The notes under the pieces: generated by a model
Databases searched by the model: none
What the model saw: the letters and a program-made list of their open reading frames with translations, nothing else
What the model was told of the DNA's origin: nothing
From: Caldisericota bacterium
GTDB taxonomy: Bacteria > Caldisericota > Caldisericia > UBA6126 > JAGPKI01
Length of the DNA: 64,000 bases
Reading direction: 5' to 3'
Assembly: GCA_052034135.1 (NCBI GenBank)
Contig: JBPOJC010000013.1
Location: 62,538-126,537 of the forward strand
Made by a program: the position numbers and the translations under genes
Shown here: one piece after another, positions 9,790-20,985 of the stretch
Position numbering within the stretch: position 1 is the stretch's first letter
Layout of the letters: every line of letters begins with the position of its first letter

Positions 9790-12129
9790 ATGGATAACAA
9801 TAGCCTTAGAGTTCTTGAGCTTGATAAAGTCTTAAAGATTCTTTCTGGATATGCAAAGACAAAAGCAGGAATTCAAAAATGTTTATCTCTTAAACCTTCT
9901 TCTGACATTGAAACCATTAAAACAAGCCTTAAAGAAGTCACTGAAGCAAAGAAATACATAAATATATATAGTACTCTCCCTATTTTAGAAACAGATGAAG
10001 CAAAAGCAGCAACTGATAGAGCTGCTATCAGCGGACTGCTCAACGAAAAAGAATTATTAAGTATATTGAGCCAGCTAAAGACATTAAAAAGAATAAAAGA
10101 TTCCTTTAAAGACATTAAGGATGATTATCCTCTTCTCTATAAATATGCTTCTAAGATTACAATACAAAAGGAAATTGAAGATGCTATAGAATCAAAAATT
10201 GGTGATGATTGTGAAGTAAAAACTGATGCCTCTCCGGAACTATCACGAATAAGAAGAAACATTAAGGAATTAAGAGCATTGATTTATAATAAGATTAACG
10301 AGCTTTTTAACTCTCAGTCATATTCGCGAATGTTTCAGGAAAATATTATTACTATTAGAAATGGAAGATATGTGATTCCCTTAAAAGCAGAGTTTAAAGC
10401 ACATTTTCCCTGTATAGTCTACGATCAGTCGACATCAGGCGAAACTCTCTTTGTGGAGCCCCTTTTAATAACTTCATTAAATAATGACTTTAATATTTTG
10501 CTATCTCAAGAGAAAAGAGAGATAAACAGGATTTTATCGCTTCTGTCTAACCTTGTCAGAGAGAAGGCAAAAGAAATTTTATCTTCAATTAAAATTGTTG
10601 AAGAGTTTGATTTTATCTTTGCAAAGGCAGCTATGGCAATAGAACGGAATTACGATGAGCCCGAGATAAGTGATAATCAGTCATTCAATCTAAAGAGAGC
10701 AAGGCATCCACTAATACCTGGTAATGAAATAGTTCCTATAGATATAAATTTAGGGGAGAAATTCCGAACTTTAATAATAACAGGACCTAACACTGGCGGC
10801 AAAACCGTTACTTTAAAAACTTGTGGTTTATTGGTAGCAATGACCTATTGCGGTCTTCACATTCCTTCAGATGAAAATACCAAAATTGGTTTCTTTGCTG
10901 ACATTTTAGCAGATATCGGCGAAGAGCAGAGCATAGAGCAGAGTCTCAGTAGTTTTTCCTCTCATCTTTCAAATATAATTCATATTTTAAAGCTCGCCAA
11001 CAAAAACACTCTTGTTCTATTAGATGAATTAGGCGCCGGTACAGATCCAGATGAAGGTGCAGCCCTCGGTATGGCAATCATAAGCTACCTTCATAGAGAA
11101 GAAGTTCCGCAGATTATTACTACTCATTTGAGCCAAATAAAATCATTTGCTTACAACCACGATGAAGCGGAAAATGCTTGCGTTGGCTTTGATTTGGAAT
11201 CTTTAAAACCAACTTTTAAGGTTTTAATAGGAGTACCAGGCCAAAGTCATGCCTTCCAGATAGCTAAAAGATTGGGTTTACCCCAGGATTTAATAGAGTC
11301 TGCAGAAAAGTTTATCGGTAAAAAAGAATTAGAGGTTAAAGCTTTAATCGATGGTTTAATGCAAAAAACAGAAGAAATTGAAGCTCACAGATTAACAAGT
11401 GAATCAGCAAGAAAAGAGGCAGAAGAACTTAAGAATAAATATAATCGTGAAGTTCAAAATTTTGAATCTTCAGTCAAAGAAAAAAAGAAAACTCTTTATC
11501 AAAATACCGTTAAAGAAATAAAAGAAATAAGAGAGAAAGCTTCAAAATTATTATCAGAACTTGCCAAAAAGAAAGAGGCTTCTTCTGAGGCTCATAAACT
11601 CTTTGAAGAGATAAGACAAATTGAGGAAGAAACAGAGAATAAACTAAAAGAAATGGAAGAAATGGAAAAGGACCTATTGCCGATTCAGGAAAGTTCAGAC
11701 GTCGAAATTGGGTCAAGTGTATGGGTGCGTAAATATAAAAGAGAAGGGCTTGTCATATCTAAAGACGATGAAAAAAAGACTGTTGAGGTGATAATGGGTT
11801 CATTTAGGGCTGTAATTCCATTAAATGAATTATCAAAAATAGAAGAAACAAAAGAAGAAATTTACGAGTCTATTTCTTTAGACGGAGTTAAAAAGAAAAG
11901 ACTAATTTCTCAAAAAATTGACCTTCATGGATTAAGAGTTGAAGAGGCTTTACCTCTACTTGATAAATATCTTGATGATGCATACTTAAGTAAATTACCT
12001 CTTGTATATGTAATGCATGGCGAGGGGAAGGGTATCTTAAGAGATGAAATAAGGAATTTTCTAAAGACTCATCCTCATGTTAGTGATTTTGATCCAAAGG
12101 ATACCTTTGTAATAGTCTATCTTAAATAA
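9790..12129 (+). CDS. mutS2: Endonuclease MutS2 (MutS domain plus C-terminal Smr domain).
   Basis: A Walker A motif GPNTGGKTV is present, along with a coiled-coil linker. The C-terminal Smr domain is IDLHGLRVEEA...HGEGKGILR. There is an RBS AGGGAG upstream. Confidence 0.9.
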   Translation: MDNNSLRVLELDKVLKILSGYAKTKAGIQKCLSLKPSSDIETIKTSLKEVTEAKKYINIYSTLPILETDEAKAATDRAAISGLLNEKELLSILSQLKTLKRIKDSFKDIKDDYPLLYKYASKITIQKEIEDAIESKIGDDCEVKTDASPELSRIRRNIKELRALIYNKINELFNSQSYSRMFQENIITIRNGRYVIPLKAEFKAHFPCIVYDQSTSGETLFVEPLLITSLNNDFNILLSQEKREINRILSLLSNLVREKAKEILSSIKIVEEFDFIFAKAAMAIERNYDEPEISDNQSFNLKRARHPLIPGNEIVPIDINLGEKFRTLIITGPNTGGKTVTLKTCGLLVAMTYCGLHIPSDENTKIGFFADILADIGEEQSIEQSLSSFSSHLSNIIHILKLANKNTLVLLDELGAGTDPDEGAALGMAIISYLHREEVPQIITTHLSQIKSFAYNHDEAENACVGFDLESLKPTFKVLIGVPGQSHAFQIAKRLGLPQDLIESAEKFIGKKELEVKALIDGLMQKTEEIEAHRLTSESARKEAEELKNKYNREVQNFESSVKEKKKTLYQNTVKEIKEIREKASKLLSELAKKKEASSEAHKLFEEIRQIEEETENKLKEMEEMEKDLLPIQESSDVEIGSSVWVRKYKREGLVISKDDEKKTVEVIMGSFRAVIPLNELSKIEETKEEIYESISLDGVKKKRLISQKIDLHGLRVEEALPLLDKYLDDAYLSKLPLVYVMHGEGKGILRDEIRNFLKTHPHVSDFDPKDTFVIVYLK

Positions 12130-13105
12130 GATTATTTAGATTCGAGTCTAATCCAATAAGGAATTCATCAATACATTTTTTAACTTCATTTGCGTCAAGT
12201 GAACGGTGAAAATTATACAGTTCTTTTCCGGGGCTATCGTTATAATAAGGTCTTGTACAGTTATCACAACCACTTGTAAGGAATGGTTTACCACTCTTTA
12301 TTAATTTTTTAACCTTTTCCATATCTTCAATTTTAACATTAAGTTTTATAAGATCTCCAGAACTATTAAATTCTGGTTCAAATGAAATATCTTCGTATAT
12401 TAGAGCTCTTAATACCTGTACTTTCCTATACGAACTTAAATCTGGCTTGGGAAGATTTTCAAGTTCAGTTCCTATTATGGGAGTAAATGAAAAAAGCCCA
12501 GTATTAATCAAATTTGATTTTAAGAAACTCATCATTTTAAAAAAGTCTTCGATAGTATCAGATAAACCATATATCAAATGCGTTCCAATGTGGCCCTTGT
12601 AAATTTGTGATAAGCCAACCAGTGTTTCAACCTTTTCTTTAAAATCATTACCCTTAATTTTCTCATATGAATCTAATTTTGCGCAATCAAGAGGTATTGT
12701 TATGGTATCCGCTCCAATTTCGAATAAACTTTTCAAAAATTCAATATTTGTTGAAGCAATAGAAATTGATATTTTGAAATTATTTCTGCTTGCCAAGATT
12801 AGGCTTTCAACCAAAGATTTGAGCATATTTAAAAAATATTCATCTGAAACAATCTGAAGACAAATTCTCTTTATACTATTTGCTTTATCTATAGCATTTA
12901 AAAGCTCTCCATCACTAACATTTTGCCATGTAATACGTGATAAATAATTAGAACAGGTTGAAGAGGTAATAGATTGTGAGCAGAATTTACAGGAATTCCT
13001 ACATTTCTCCCCGACCATTACATAAATTGTCTCAAGTGGAAAATCTATTACACTTTTTCTTAAACCGAGCTTAATAGCAGATGCATACGAAAGCTTTAAA
13101 TTCAT
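12122..13105 (-). CDS. Radical SAM protein (BioB/ThiH/lipoyl-synthase-like small rSAM).
   Basis: A CX3CX2C motif (CRNSCKFC) lies near the N-terminus, and extra Cys residues (CDNC) near the C-terminus suggest an auxiliary cluster. It is 327 aa. Its end overlaps mutS2 convergently by 8 nt. Confidence 0.6.
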   Translation of the reverse strand: MNLKLSYASAIKLGLRKSVIDFPLETIYVMVGEKCRNSCKFCSQSITSSTCSNYLSRITWQNVSDGELLNAIDKANSIKRICLQIVSDEYFLNMLKSLVESLILASRNNFKISISIASTNIEFLKSLFEIGADTITIPLDCAKLDSYEKIKGNDFKEKVETLVGLSQIYKGHIGTHLIYGLSDTIEDFFKMMSFLKSNLINTGLFSFTPIIGTELENLPKPDLSSYRKVQVLRALIYEDISFEPEFNSSGDLIKLNVKIEDMEKVKKLIKSGKPFLTSGCDNCTRPYYNDSPGKELYNFHRSLDANEVKKCIDEFLIGLDSNLNNLI

Positions 13106-13833
13106 TACTTTACAACAATAACACCAATTGTTATGTTATCTTTTACATTATTTGCTATAGCAGATCTTACAAAAGCATTACAGATTTCTTTAGAATCGGT
13201 ACTATTTGAAAGAATTTTCAAAGACTCTTCATTAAAGTTTTTATATCTTACTGCACCGTCAGTTGCAGTAATGTAAATGTCTCCTTTTTCTATTCGAAAT
13301 TCTTTTACTGAGTAAGATAGCTCTTTGCTGACTCCAATTACATGTTTGCTTGGATCTTTAAGAGTTGATAATGGTTCACTGCCGCATAATTTAGTTAGCC
13401 TCATTCTATGATAGCGATAAATATTCGCGTCTCCAACTGTTAAACCAGTAAACCTATTATTTTTTGTTATACAAGAAACCGCTAAAGTAGCTGCCATATT
13501 TGAATATGATTTAATCTTTTGCGACATTGAAAGTATTTGAAGATTAATTTGTTCGATAATTTTAATTAAAAAATCTCTGTTGCTTATAGTTTTAGATTCA
13601 GAACCAAGAATTGTTTCCTTATGCATATAATATTCCTTAATTTTTTCAATAACATTTTTACTTGCAATTTCAGGAACAGCATTGTTTCTTACTCCATCAG
13701 CAACAGCCATCAAAACTTTAACATCAGGAGCTATGGAGTAAGCCAACATGCAATCATCCTCATTTTTTTCTCCGCATAAACCTATATCGGATAAAACGTA
13801 TGCATCTAACTTATAGTCTCTAAATAGGATCAT
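13105..13833 (-). CDS. PP2C-family Ser/Thr protein phosphatase.
   Basis: The PP2C metal-binding Asp residues are present (DDC...ADGV, TDG). Its start and stop overlap uvrA and the rSAM gene. Confidence 0.6.
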   Translation of the reverse strand: MILFRDYKLDAYVLSDIGLCGEKNEDDCMLAYSIAPDVKVLMAVADGVRNNAVPEIASKNVIEKIKEYYMHKETILGSESKTISNRDFLIKIIEQINLQILSMSQKIKSYSNMAATLAVSCITKNNRFTGLTVGDANIYRYHRMRLTKLCGSEPLSTLKDPSKHVIGVSKELSYSVKEFRIEKGDIYITATDGAVRYKNFNEESLKILSNSTDSKEICNAFVRSAIANNVKDNITIGVIVVK

Positions 13834-16622
13834 GCAAAAATCTTCTCTTTCTTTAGCACTTTCTTCAAATACATCCCTGTATAAGAATTGTCACTGCCTG
13901 CTACTTCTTCAGGTGTTCCTTTGGCAACTATATATCCTCCATAATCACCTCCGCCTGGTCCTAAATCAATTATATAATCACTACTTTTTATTACATCGAG
14001 GTTATGCTCAATCACTATGACCGTGTTCCCTTTGTCAACTAATTTGTTTAAAACCTCTAAAAGCCTCTTTATATCTGCAAAGTGTAAACCAGTTGTTGGT
14101 TCATCAAGTATGTACAAAGTTTTACCTTCACTTTTCTTGGATAGCTCTAAGGCTAACTTTATTCTTTGGGCTTCTCCTCCTGAAAGAGTTGTTGAAGACT
14201 GACCAAGTTTAATATATCCTAATCCAACATCTCTAAGTAATTCAAGTTTTCTTCTTGCTTTGGGATAATTCTTAAACAATTCAAATGCATCATCGGCTGT
14301 CATATCGAGAACATCGTAAACATTATATCCTTTATATCTTATTAAAAGCGTCTCTTTGTTAAATCTTTTACCTTCACATACCTCGCAGGGTATATAAACA
14401 TCAGGCAAGAATTGCATTTCTACTTTTTTCAAACCATCACCCATGCATGCTTCACATCTCCCGCCCTTTACATTAAAACTAAATCTACTTATAGTGTAGC
14501 CTCTCATTTTTGATTCTGGGAGTGACGCAAAAATCTGCCTTATGTCAGTCCAAAGACCGATGTAAGTAGCAGGATTTGACCTTGGTGTTCTACCGATTGG
14601 ATTTTGATCAACAATTATTACTTTCTTAATGTTTTCGATGCCGAAAATTTTATCATATTCTCCGGGAGTTTCTTTAGAATTGTGTAGAATTGATGCAAGC
14701 GCTCTATATAGCACATCATTTATTAATGTACTTTTCCCTGAACCAGAAACACCTGTGATGCAAATAAACTTTCCCAAATTAAAACTAACAGAAATGTTTT
14801 TAAGATTATGCTCTCTAACGCCAGTAATTTTGAGCGTTTTACCATTTCCCTTTCTTCTACTTTCAGGAACAGGAATAAGCTCCTTACCTGATAAAAATCT
14901 ACCAGTAACAGATCTTTCTTCATTTATTATATCTTCCAATTTCCCAGAAACAACAACTTCTCCACCATCGGTTCCAGCTCCAGGACCAACATCAACTATA
15001 AAATCAGCACTTCTTATTGTATTTTCATCATGCTCAACTACAATTACCGTATTTCCAAGGTCTCTAAGTTTAAATAGTGTTTTAAGAAGTTTTTCGTTAT
15101 CTTTCGAGTGCAATCCAATACTTGGTTCGTCTAATACATAAAGTACGCCCACTAATCCAGATCCAACCTGGCTTGCAAGCCTTATTCTTTGGGCTTCTCC
15201 TCCTGAAAGAGTCGCAGATTCTCTGCTTAAAGATAGATAATCAAGTCCAACATTAATAATAAAGGTAAGTCTTGAACTAATTTCCTTTAAAATTCTATCT
15301 GCAATAAGTTTCTCGTTTTCTGTAAGTTTGACTGTCTCAAAGAATTGTAAAAGACTTCTCAAAGACATATCGCATAAATCAGCAATGTTTTTACCATTTA
15401 TAGTTACCGATAAAGCCTCTTTCTTAAGACGCGTTCCATTACAGGAAGAACATTTTTTCTTGATCATAAGTTTTTCGTATTCCCAGAGCATCATTTCTGA
15501 ATCTGTTTCTGAATACCTTCTCTTTATAGTGTTTATAACTCCTTCATAGTATCTATCGCCGTAAAGAATAGCATTTTTTGTTCCATTCTTTAATAATTTA
15601 TATGGAGTATTCAATGATTCTCCATATCTTTCAAGTACTCGTTCTATAAGGTTTAATGTATAGCTTTCTGTATAATTTCTAAAGCCAGGTATATCTATTG
15701 CACCATCAATAATGGATTTTTCTGGATCTTTTATAATTAGCGATGGGCTAACCTCATTTATAACTCCTAACCCATTACACTCCGGGCAAGCACCAAAAGG
15801 ACTATTAAATGAGAACAGTCTCGGCTCAATTTCAGATATGCTGATTCCGCATGTAGGACAAGCAAATTTTTCAGAGAATATGTGCGTCTCCCACTTATTT
15901 TCTGTATTCACTCTTATTTCTATCATGCCGTTTGCTAATTCCAATGCTTGCTCTATTGAATCAGCTATTCTTGGCCTTTCACCCTCTTCTACGGTCAATT
16001 GATCAACAATGACTAATATAGAATGCTTTTGAGTTTTTTTAAGAATTATTTTATCATCAATATCGTAGAGATTTTCATCCACAATAACTTTTACATAACC
16101 CTTCATCTGTAATTCTGAAAAAAGATTCTTAAATTCTCCCTTCTTTTCTCTTACAATTGGAGCAATAATCTGAATCATTTTATCATTAAACGATAACATT
16201 ACCCTTTCAATAATCTGGTCTAAACTCTGGGATTTAATTTCCTTACCGCAATTAGGACAATGCGGAATCCCAATTCTTGCAAAAAGAAGCCTTAAATAAT
16301 CGTAAACTTCTGTCATTGTACCCACTGTGGAACGTGGATTTTTGCTCCCTGAATGTTGAGTTATTGCAATAGAAGGAGAAAGCCCTTCAATATGGTCAAC
16401 ATTGGGCTTTCTTAACTCTCCTATAAATTGTCTTGCATAAGTCGAGAGAGACTCCAAATATTTTCTCTGCCCCTCAGTATATATTGTATCAAAAGCGAGT
16501 GAAGACTTGCCTGAACCAGAGATACCTGTGATAACCACTAATTTGTTTCTCGGTATATCAAGGTTTATATTTTTTAAATTATGTTCTTTTGCTCCTCTTA
16601 TTCTAATAAAATCATCTTGCAT
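13830..16622 (-). CDS. uvrA: Excinuclease ABC subunit A.
   Basis: It has two ABC ATPase modules ([10 protein letters not shown] and [10 protein letters not shown]), Zn-finger Cys pairs, and is 930 aa. Confidence 0.95.
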   Translation of the reverse strand: MQDDFIRIRGAKEHNLKNINLDIPRNKLVVITGISGSGKSSLAFDTIYTEGQRKYLESLSTYARQFIGELRKPNVDHIEGLSPSIAITQHSGSKNPRSTVGTMTEVYDYLRLLFARIGIPHCPNCGKEIKSQSLDQIIERVMLSFNDKMIQIIAPIVREKKGEFKNLFSELQMKGYVKVIVDENLYDIDDKIILKKTQKHSILVIVDQLTVEEGERPRIADSIEQALELANGMIEIRVNTENKWETHIFSEKFACPTCGISISEIEPRLFSFNSPFGACPECNGLGVINEVSPSLIIKDPEKSIIDGAIDIPGFRNYTESYTLNLIERVLERYGESLNTPYKLLKNGTKNAILYGDRYYEGVINTIKRRYSETDSEMMLWEYEKLMIKKKCSSCNGTRLKKEALSVTINGKNIADLCDMSLRSLLQFFETVKLTENEKLIADRILKEISSRLTFIINVGLDYLSLSRESATLSGGEAQRIRLASQVGSGLVGVLYVLDEPSIGLHSKDNEKLLKTLFKLRDLGNTVIVVEHDENTIRSADFIVDVGPGAGTDGGEVVVSGKLEDIINEERSVTGRFLSGKELIPVPESRRKGNGKTLKITGVREHNLKNISVSFNLGKFICITGVSGSGKSTLINDVLYRALASILHNSKETPGEYDKIFGIENIKKVIIVDQNPIGRTPRSNPATYIGLWTDIRQIFASLPESKMRGYTISRFSFNVKGGRCEACMGDGLKKVEMQFLPDVYIPCEVCEGKRFNKETLLIRYKGYNVYDVLDMTADDAFELFKNYPKARRKLELLRDVGLGYIKLGQSSTTLSGGEAQRIKLALELSKKSEGKTLYILDEPTTGLHFADIKRLLEVLNKLVDKGNTVIVIEHNLDVIKSSDYIIDLGPGGGDYGGYIVAKGTPEEVAGSDNSYTGMYLKKVLKKEKIFA

Positions 16623-16627
16623 ATTTG

Positions 16628-18253
16628 TTACGATTTATCTTCTTCTAATTTCTCTTTATATTTAAAGCAAGCATTAATAAATCCAATGAATAGTGGGTGA
16701 GGCCTTAGAGGTCTTGAGATAAGTTCAGGGTGAAATTGACTAGCAATGAAAAATGGATGAGTGCTTAATTCTACAATTTCAACAAGATTTTTATCCATAT
16801 AAACACCTGATACTTTCATATTTGCCATTTCAAGTCGATTTCTAAATGCATTGTTTACTTCATATCTATGGCGATGTCTTTCATGTACTATTTCCTTATT
16901 ATAGAGCTTGCTTGCCAATGAACCTTGAGCAATTTTACATGAAAAAGCACCAAGCCTCATATTGGCACCTTTTTCATTTAGTCCTTTCTGCTCAGGCATT
17001 AAACTTATAACAGGATACGGAGTAGTGGGATCAAATTCAGAAGAATTGGCATTAGTTAATCTTAAAAAGTTTCTTGCAAAATCTATAACAGCAACTTGAA
17101 GTCCTAAGCAAATTCCAAAAAATGGAATATTTTCTTCTCTTGCATATTTTACTGCATTAATCATTCCTTCTATACCCCTTTTTCCAAAACCACCAGGAAT
17201 CAAAATTCCATGTAAACCATTAAGCACATCATGTGGATCATTCTTTTCCAAACTTTCTGCAGAAATCCATTTTATGTTTACTTTTACTTTTGTGTTTACT
17301 TGAGCATGCTTTAAAGCTTCTACAAGAGAAATATAAGCATCGCACATAGATGTATATTTACCAATTATACCTATATCTACAGAACTAGTTAGATTATTAA
17401 TGGTATTAACCATTTCTTCCCATTCATCAAAATTTGCTTCTCTCTCTGGAAGCTCCCATAATTCTAATAAAGTTTTACTTAAACCCGCTTTTTCAATCAT
17501 TAAAGGTACTTCATAGATGTTTTGGGCGTCAATAACTGAAAAAATTCTTTCCTTTTTCACATCACAAAATAAAGAAATTTTTTCTGCAATATCATCAGAA
17601 ATTTCTCTGTCCGAGCGGCATGCAATTATATCAGGCTGAATTCCAACTCTTCTAAGTTCTGCTACACTGTGTTGAGTTGGTTTTGTTTTTAACTCATCTG
17701 TGGCTTTTAAATGAGGTAAATAAGTCAGATGTAAGAAAAGAACATCGCGAGGAGGATTTTCCATTCTAAATTCCCTTATTGCTTCAAGAAATGGAAGACC
17801 TTCAATATCTCCTACTGTTCCACCAATTTCACCTATGATTATGTCTGGCTCTACTGCTTCTTTGAGCTGATAAATTCTTTGCTTTATTTCGTTCGTGAGA
17901 TGCGGTATAGTCTGAACTGTTGCGCCAAGAAAATCACCTCTTCTTTCCTTTGCAACTAACTGCGAATAAACTGACCCGGCAGTAACATTATTTAAATGAG
18001 ACAAATTCTCATCAAGAAATCTTTCGTAGTGTCCCAAATCAAGGTCTGTTTCAGCACCATCATCAGTCACAAAAACTTCTCCATGCTGATATGGGTTTTG
18101 CAATCCTGCATCAACATTTAGGTATGGATCAAATTTTATTATAGATACTTTGAACCCTCTTGCTTTTAAAGTTTTCCCAATAGAAGATGTAAGAATGCCT
18201 TTTCCAAGAGAGGACATGACTCCACCAGTTACAAAAATATACTTAGTACCCAT
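16628..18253 (-). CDS. pyrG: CTP synthase.
   Basis: The N-terminal synthetase domain has GGV.SSLGKG. The C-terminal glutamine-amidotransferase domain has GICLG and H..E residues. Confidence 0.95.
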   Translation of the reverse strand: MGTKYIFVTGGVMSSLGKGILTSSIGKTLKARGFKVSIIKFDPYLNVDAGLQNPYQHGEVFVTDDGAETDLDLGHYERFLDENLSHLNNVTAGSVYSQLVAKERRGDFLGATVQTIPHLTNEIKQRIYQLKEAVEPDIIIGEIGGTVGDIEGLPFLEAIREFRMENPPRDVLFLHLTYLPHLKATDELKTKPTQHSVAELRRVGIQPDIIACRSDREISDDIAEKISLFCDVKKERIFSVIDAQNIYEVPLMIEKAGLSKTLLELWELPEREANFDEWEEMVNTINNLTSSVDIGIIGKYTSMCDAYISLVEALKHAQVNTKVKVNIKWISAESLEKNDPHDVLNGLHGILIPGGFGKRGIEGMINAVKYAREENIPFFGICLGLQVAVIDFARNFLRLTNANSSEFDPTTPYPVISLMPEQKGLNEKGANMRLGAFSCKIAQGSLASKLYNKEIVHERHRHRYEVNNAFRNRLEMANMKVSGVYMDKNLVEIVELSTHPFFIASQFHPELISRPLRPHPLFIGFINACFKYKEKLEEDKS

Positions 18254-18294
18254 TTTTTAATCCTCCAATATTATCCTTTATCTATATAAAACAA

Positions 18295-19344
18295 CTAAAA
18301 TTCACTTTTGTTTCTTTGAAATGCTAAATCAATAAGTTTATCAATAAGCTCATTATAGGGTATTTTTGAATATTCCCATAATTTTGGATACATACTAATT
18401 GAGGTAAATCCCGGTATTGTGTTAATTTCGTTCACATACAGTTCATTTGTTTCTTTATCAAGAAGAAAATCCACTCTTGCCATTCCGTAACAACCTAAAA
18501 TTTTAAAACACATTTTACTCGTTTCTCTCACCTTGTTAATCATTATATCATCAAGGTTTGCAGGTATTACAAGCACAGTATCAGTATCAACATACTTAGC
18601 TTTATAATCATAAAAAGCTCTATTAGGAATAATTTCTCCAGGGTAAGAAACTTCAATTTGTTTAAAATCTCCAAGGACACTACACTCAATTTCTCTTGCA
18701 TTAATTGCTTGTTCTATTAGCACTTCTCTTGAATAGTTAAATGCTAATATAATAGCTTCTTTCAGTTCACTTTTATTCATCACTTTTGATATTCCAATGC
18801 TCGATCCAGTATTGGCAGGTTTAACAAACAGTGGTAATTTTAGCTTTGTAATAATTTCCGTTAGAGTTTCATCGTCCAATTCTATGTTTTCTTTAAAAAA
18901 ATGCAAATAATCAGCTTGCTTTATGTTTGATGCACCAAGTACTTTTTTTGTAAGGACTTTATTCATACATAAGCTTGAAGATTGCGTATCAGCACCAACA
19001 TAAGGAATATTACATAACTCTAATAGTCCTTGAATTAATCCATCTTCTCCACCTCTACCATGTAGTACAGGGAATACACAATCAATAGGAATGAATTCAT
19101 CATTTAAATTTATTCCTTTTCTATTATTAAGAGATAAAGTTAATTCTTGACCTTTATCCGGAACGACTTTTAGAGACTCAAACTCCTCTTTTGTAAATAA
19201 GTTCCACTTTCCACTTTTGGTTATACCTATAAGAATTGGATTATATTTACCCTTTGTTAGGTTTGCATGTACAGATTTTGCAGAGACAACAGAAATCTCA
19301 TGTTCTGGAGAAATCCCTCCAAATAACAAAGCTAAATTAATCAT
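18295..19344 (-). CDS. ddl: D-alanine--D-alanine ligase.
   Basis: It has an ATP-grasp fold, the N-terminal LFGG.S.EHE.S motif and the C-terminal E.NT.PG motif. Confidence 0.9.
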   Translation of the reverse strand: MINLALLFGGISPEHEISVVSAKSVHANLTKGKYNPILIGITKSGKWNLFTKEEFESLKVVPDKGQELTLSLNNRKGINLNDEFIPIDCVFPVLHGRGGEDGLIQGLLELCNIPYVGADTQSSSLCMNKVLTKKVLGASNIKQADYLHFFKENIELDDETLTEIITKLKLPLFVKPANTGSSIGISKVMNKSELKEAIILAFNYSREVLIEQAINAREIECSVLGDFKQIEVSYPGEIIPNRAFYDYKAKYVDTDTVLVIPANLDDIMINKVRETSKMCFKILGCYGMARVDFLLDKETNELYVNEINTIPGFTSISMYPKLWEYSKIPYNELIDKLIDLAFQRNKSEF

Positions 19345-19967
19345 TAAAGTAATACACTCCTTATTTTCGGAAAGAGAAAATCTTCGTAATAGTTCATATG
19401 ATCATTATCATTGTAAACATATAGTGTCTTAAATCCAAGATATTTTGCTGAAATAATATTTTCAAATGAATCGTCTATAAAGATTGCGTTTTTAACATTG
19501 ATATCTAATTTATTTATTACTTTTTTAACTGAATTTAAATAAGGTTTTCCATAATAATCCATAAATTCAATATCATAAATGTCGCTAAAAAGTTCATCAA
19601 CTCCTAAAGTTTTGAGAACATTTTTAGCATAAAACAATGGGCTATTTGTAACAATATACTTTTCCCCAGGGAGGCTCAAAATAAAATCCTTGAGTTTTTC
19701 CTCTTTCTGTAAAAACTCACTTACATCTATATTGTGAACATAAAATAAAAATTCAGCAGGATCTACATTAAATTCATTTTTTAGACCCAAAAGTGTTGAA
19801 CAATATTCCTTTATGTATCTCCTCCTTATTTTAAATACATAAGGAAGATCTAAATTCAATTTGTTTGAGACATACATATTAATCCTTTTGTTTAAGTAAT
19901 CAAACATTCCTGAATTAGCACTATACAAAGTATTATCAAGATCAAATAACCAGCTTATTTCATTCAT
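19344..19967 (-). CDS. HAD-superfamily hydrolase (nucleotidase-like, subfamily IA).
   Basis: It carries the DxDxT motif (LFDLDNTLY) and a C-terminal FIDDS motif. Confidence 0.65.
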   Translation of the reverse strand: MNEISWLFDLDNTLYSANSGMFDYLNKRINMYVSNKLNLDLPYVFKIRRRYIKEYCSTLLGLKNEFNVDPAEFLFYVHNIDVSEFLQKEEKLKDFILSLPGEKYIVTNSPLFYAKNVLKTLGVDELFSDIYDIEFMDYYGKPYLNSVKKVINKLDINVKNAIFIDDSFENIISAKYLGFKTLYVYNDNDHMNYYEDFLFPKIRSVLL

Positions 19968-20902
19968 TTGTTAAATGTTCCCTTAAAAAATTCATAAGTT
20001 TTTCTAATGCCATCAGAAATATCTGTCTTTGGCTCCCAACCGAGCTCTTTTTTAGATTTTTCTGCATTTAGAGCAATTCTTTCAATTTCTCCAGGTCTTC
20101 TATCTGCATATACTGGATCTAAACCTTTACAACCAGAAACATCACTAATAATAGCATATAGTTCATTTACCGATATTTCTTTACCAGTGCCTAAATTATA
20201 ACACTCATTATTTCCCTTATTTAAGGAAAGAAGAATTCCATCAATAATGTCTCCTACATAAATGTAATCTCTCGTTTGATTGCCATCGCCGTAAATATAA
20301 ACTTTTTCGCCCGACAGAATTCTACCTATGAAAATTGCAACAACTCCAGCTTCTCCGTAAGGGTTCTGCTTCTCACCATAGACATTAGGAAGCCTTAAAC
20401 TTACGAAATTTAAACCATAGAGTTTATTATAGAGCTTTAAATAGTTTTCGAAAGTTAATTTACTGACCCCATAATGACAATCAGGATTTATTTTATAGTC
20501 TTCTTTAACTGGTATATCAGCCTGCAAAACATTACCATATAATGCTCCACCAGTATTAGTATATATTATTTTTTTTATCCTATATTTTACGCATTCCTCG
20601 AGGATATTGATCCCTCCAATTATATTAACATTCGCATCAAATACAGGCTCTCTAACAGAGGCTCTAACATCAATTTGAGCAGCTAAATGAAATACATAAT
20701 CTGGTTTTTCGATATCAAAGATTTTATTAATTATTTCTTTATCTGTAATATCTGCAAGGTAAAAATTAGCTTTATCTGGAACATTTTTTAAAAAACCAGA
20801 AGACAAATTATCGATAATGGATACCTGAAAGTTTTCTTTTATAAGCCTATCTGCAAGGTTTGAACCAATAAAACCTGCTCCACCCGTAATTAGTGCTTTC
20901 AT
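19964..20902 (-). CDS. NAD-dependent epimerase/dehydratase (UDP-glucose 4-epimerase-like SDR).
   Basis: It has the Rossmann motif TGGAGFIGSNL and the catalytic Y..K pair (YGVSK). Confidence 0.75.
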   Translation of the reverse strand: MKALITGGAGFIGSNLADRLIKENFQVSIIDNLSSGFLKNVPDKANFYLADITDKEIINKIFDIEKPDYVFHLAAQIDVRASVREPVFDANVNIIGGINILEECVKYRIKKIIYTNTGGALYGNVLQADIPVKEDYKINPDCHYGVSKLTFENYLKLYNKLYGLNFVSLRLPNVYGEKQNPYGEAGVVAIFIGRILSGEKVYIYGDGNQTRDYIYVGDIIDGILLSLNKGNNECYNLGTGKEISVNELYAIISDVSGCKGLDPVYADRRPGEIERIALNAEKSKKELGWEPKTDISDGIRKTYEFFKGTFNK

Positions 20903-20985
20903 TTGCTATTCCTTTCTTTAAATAAATAATTCTAATAATAAAATTATATCTATGAAGTTTATTTCTGTATATCGGAGGTTAAAAT

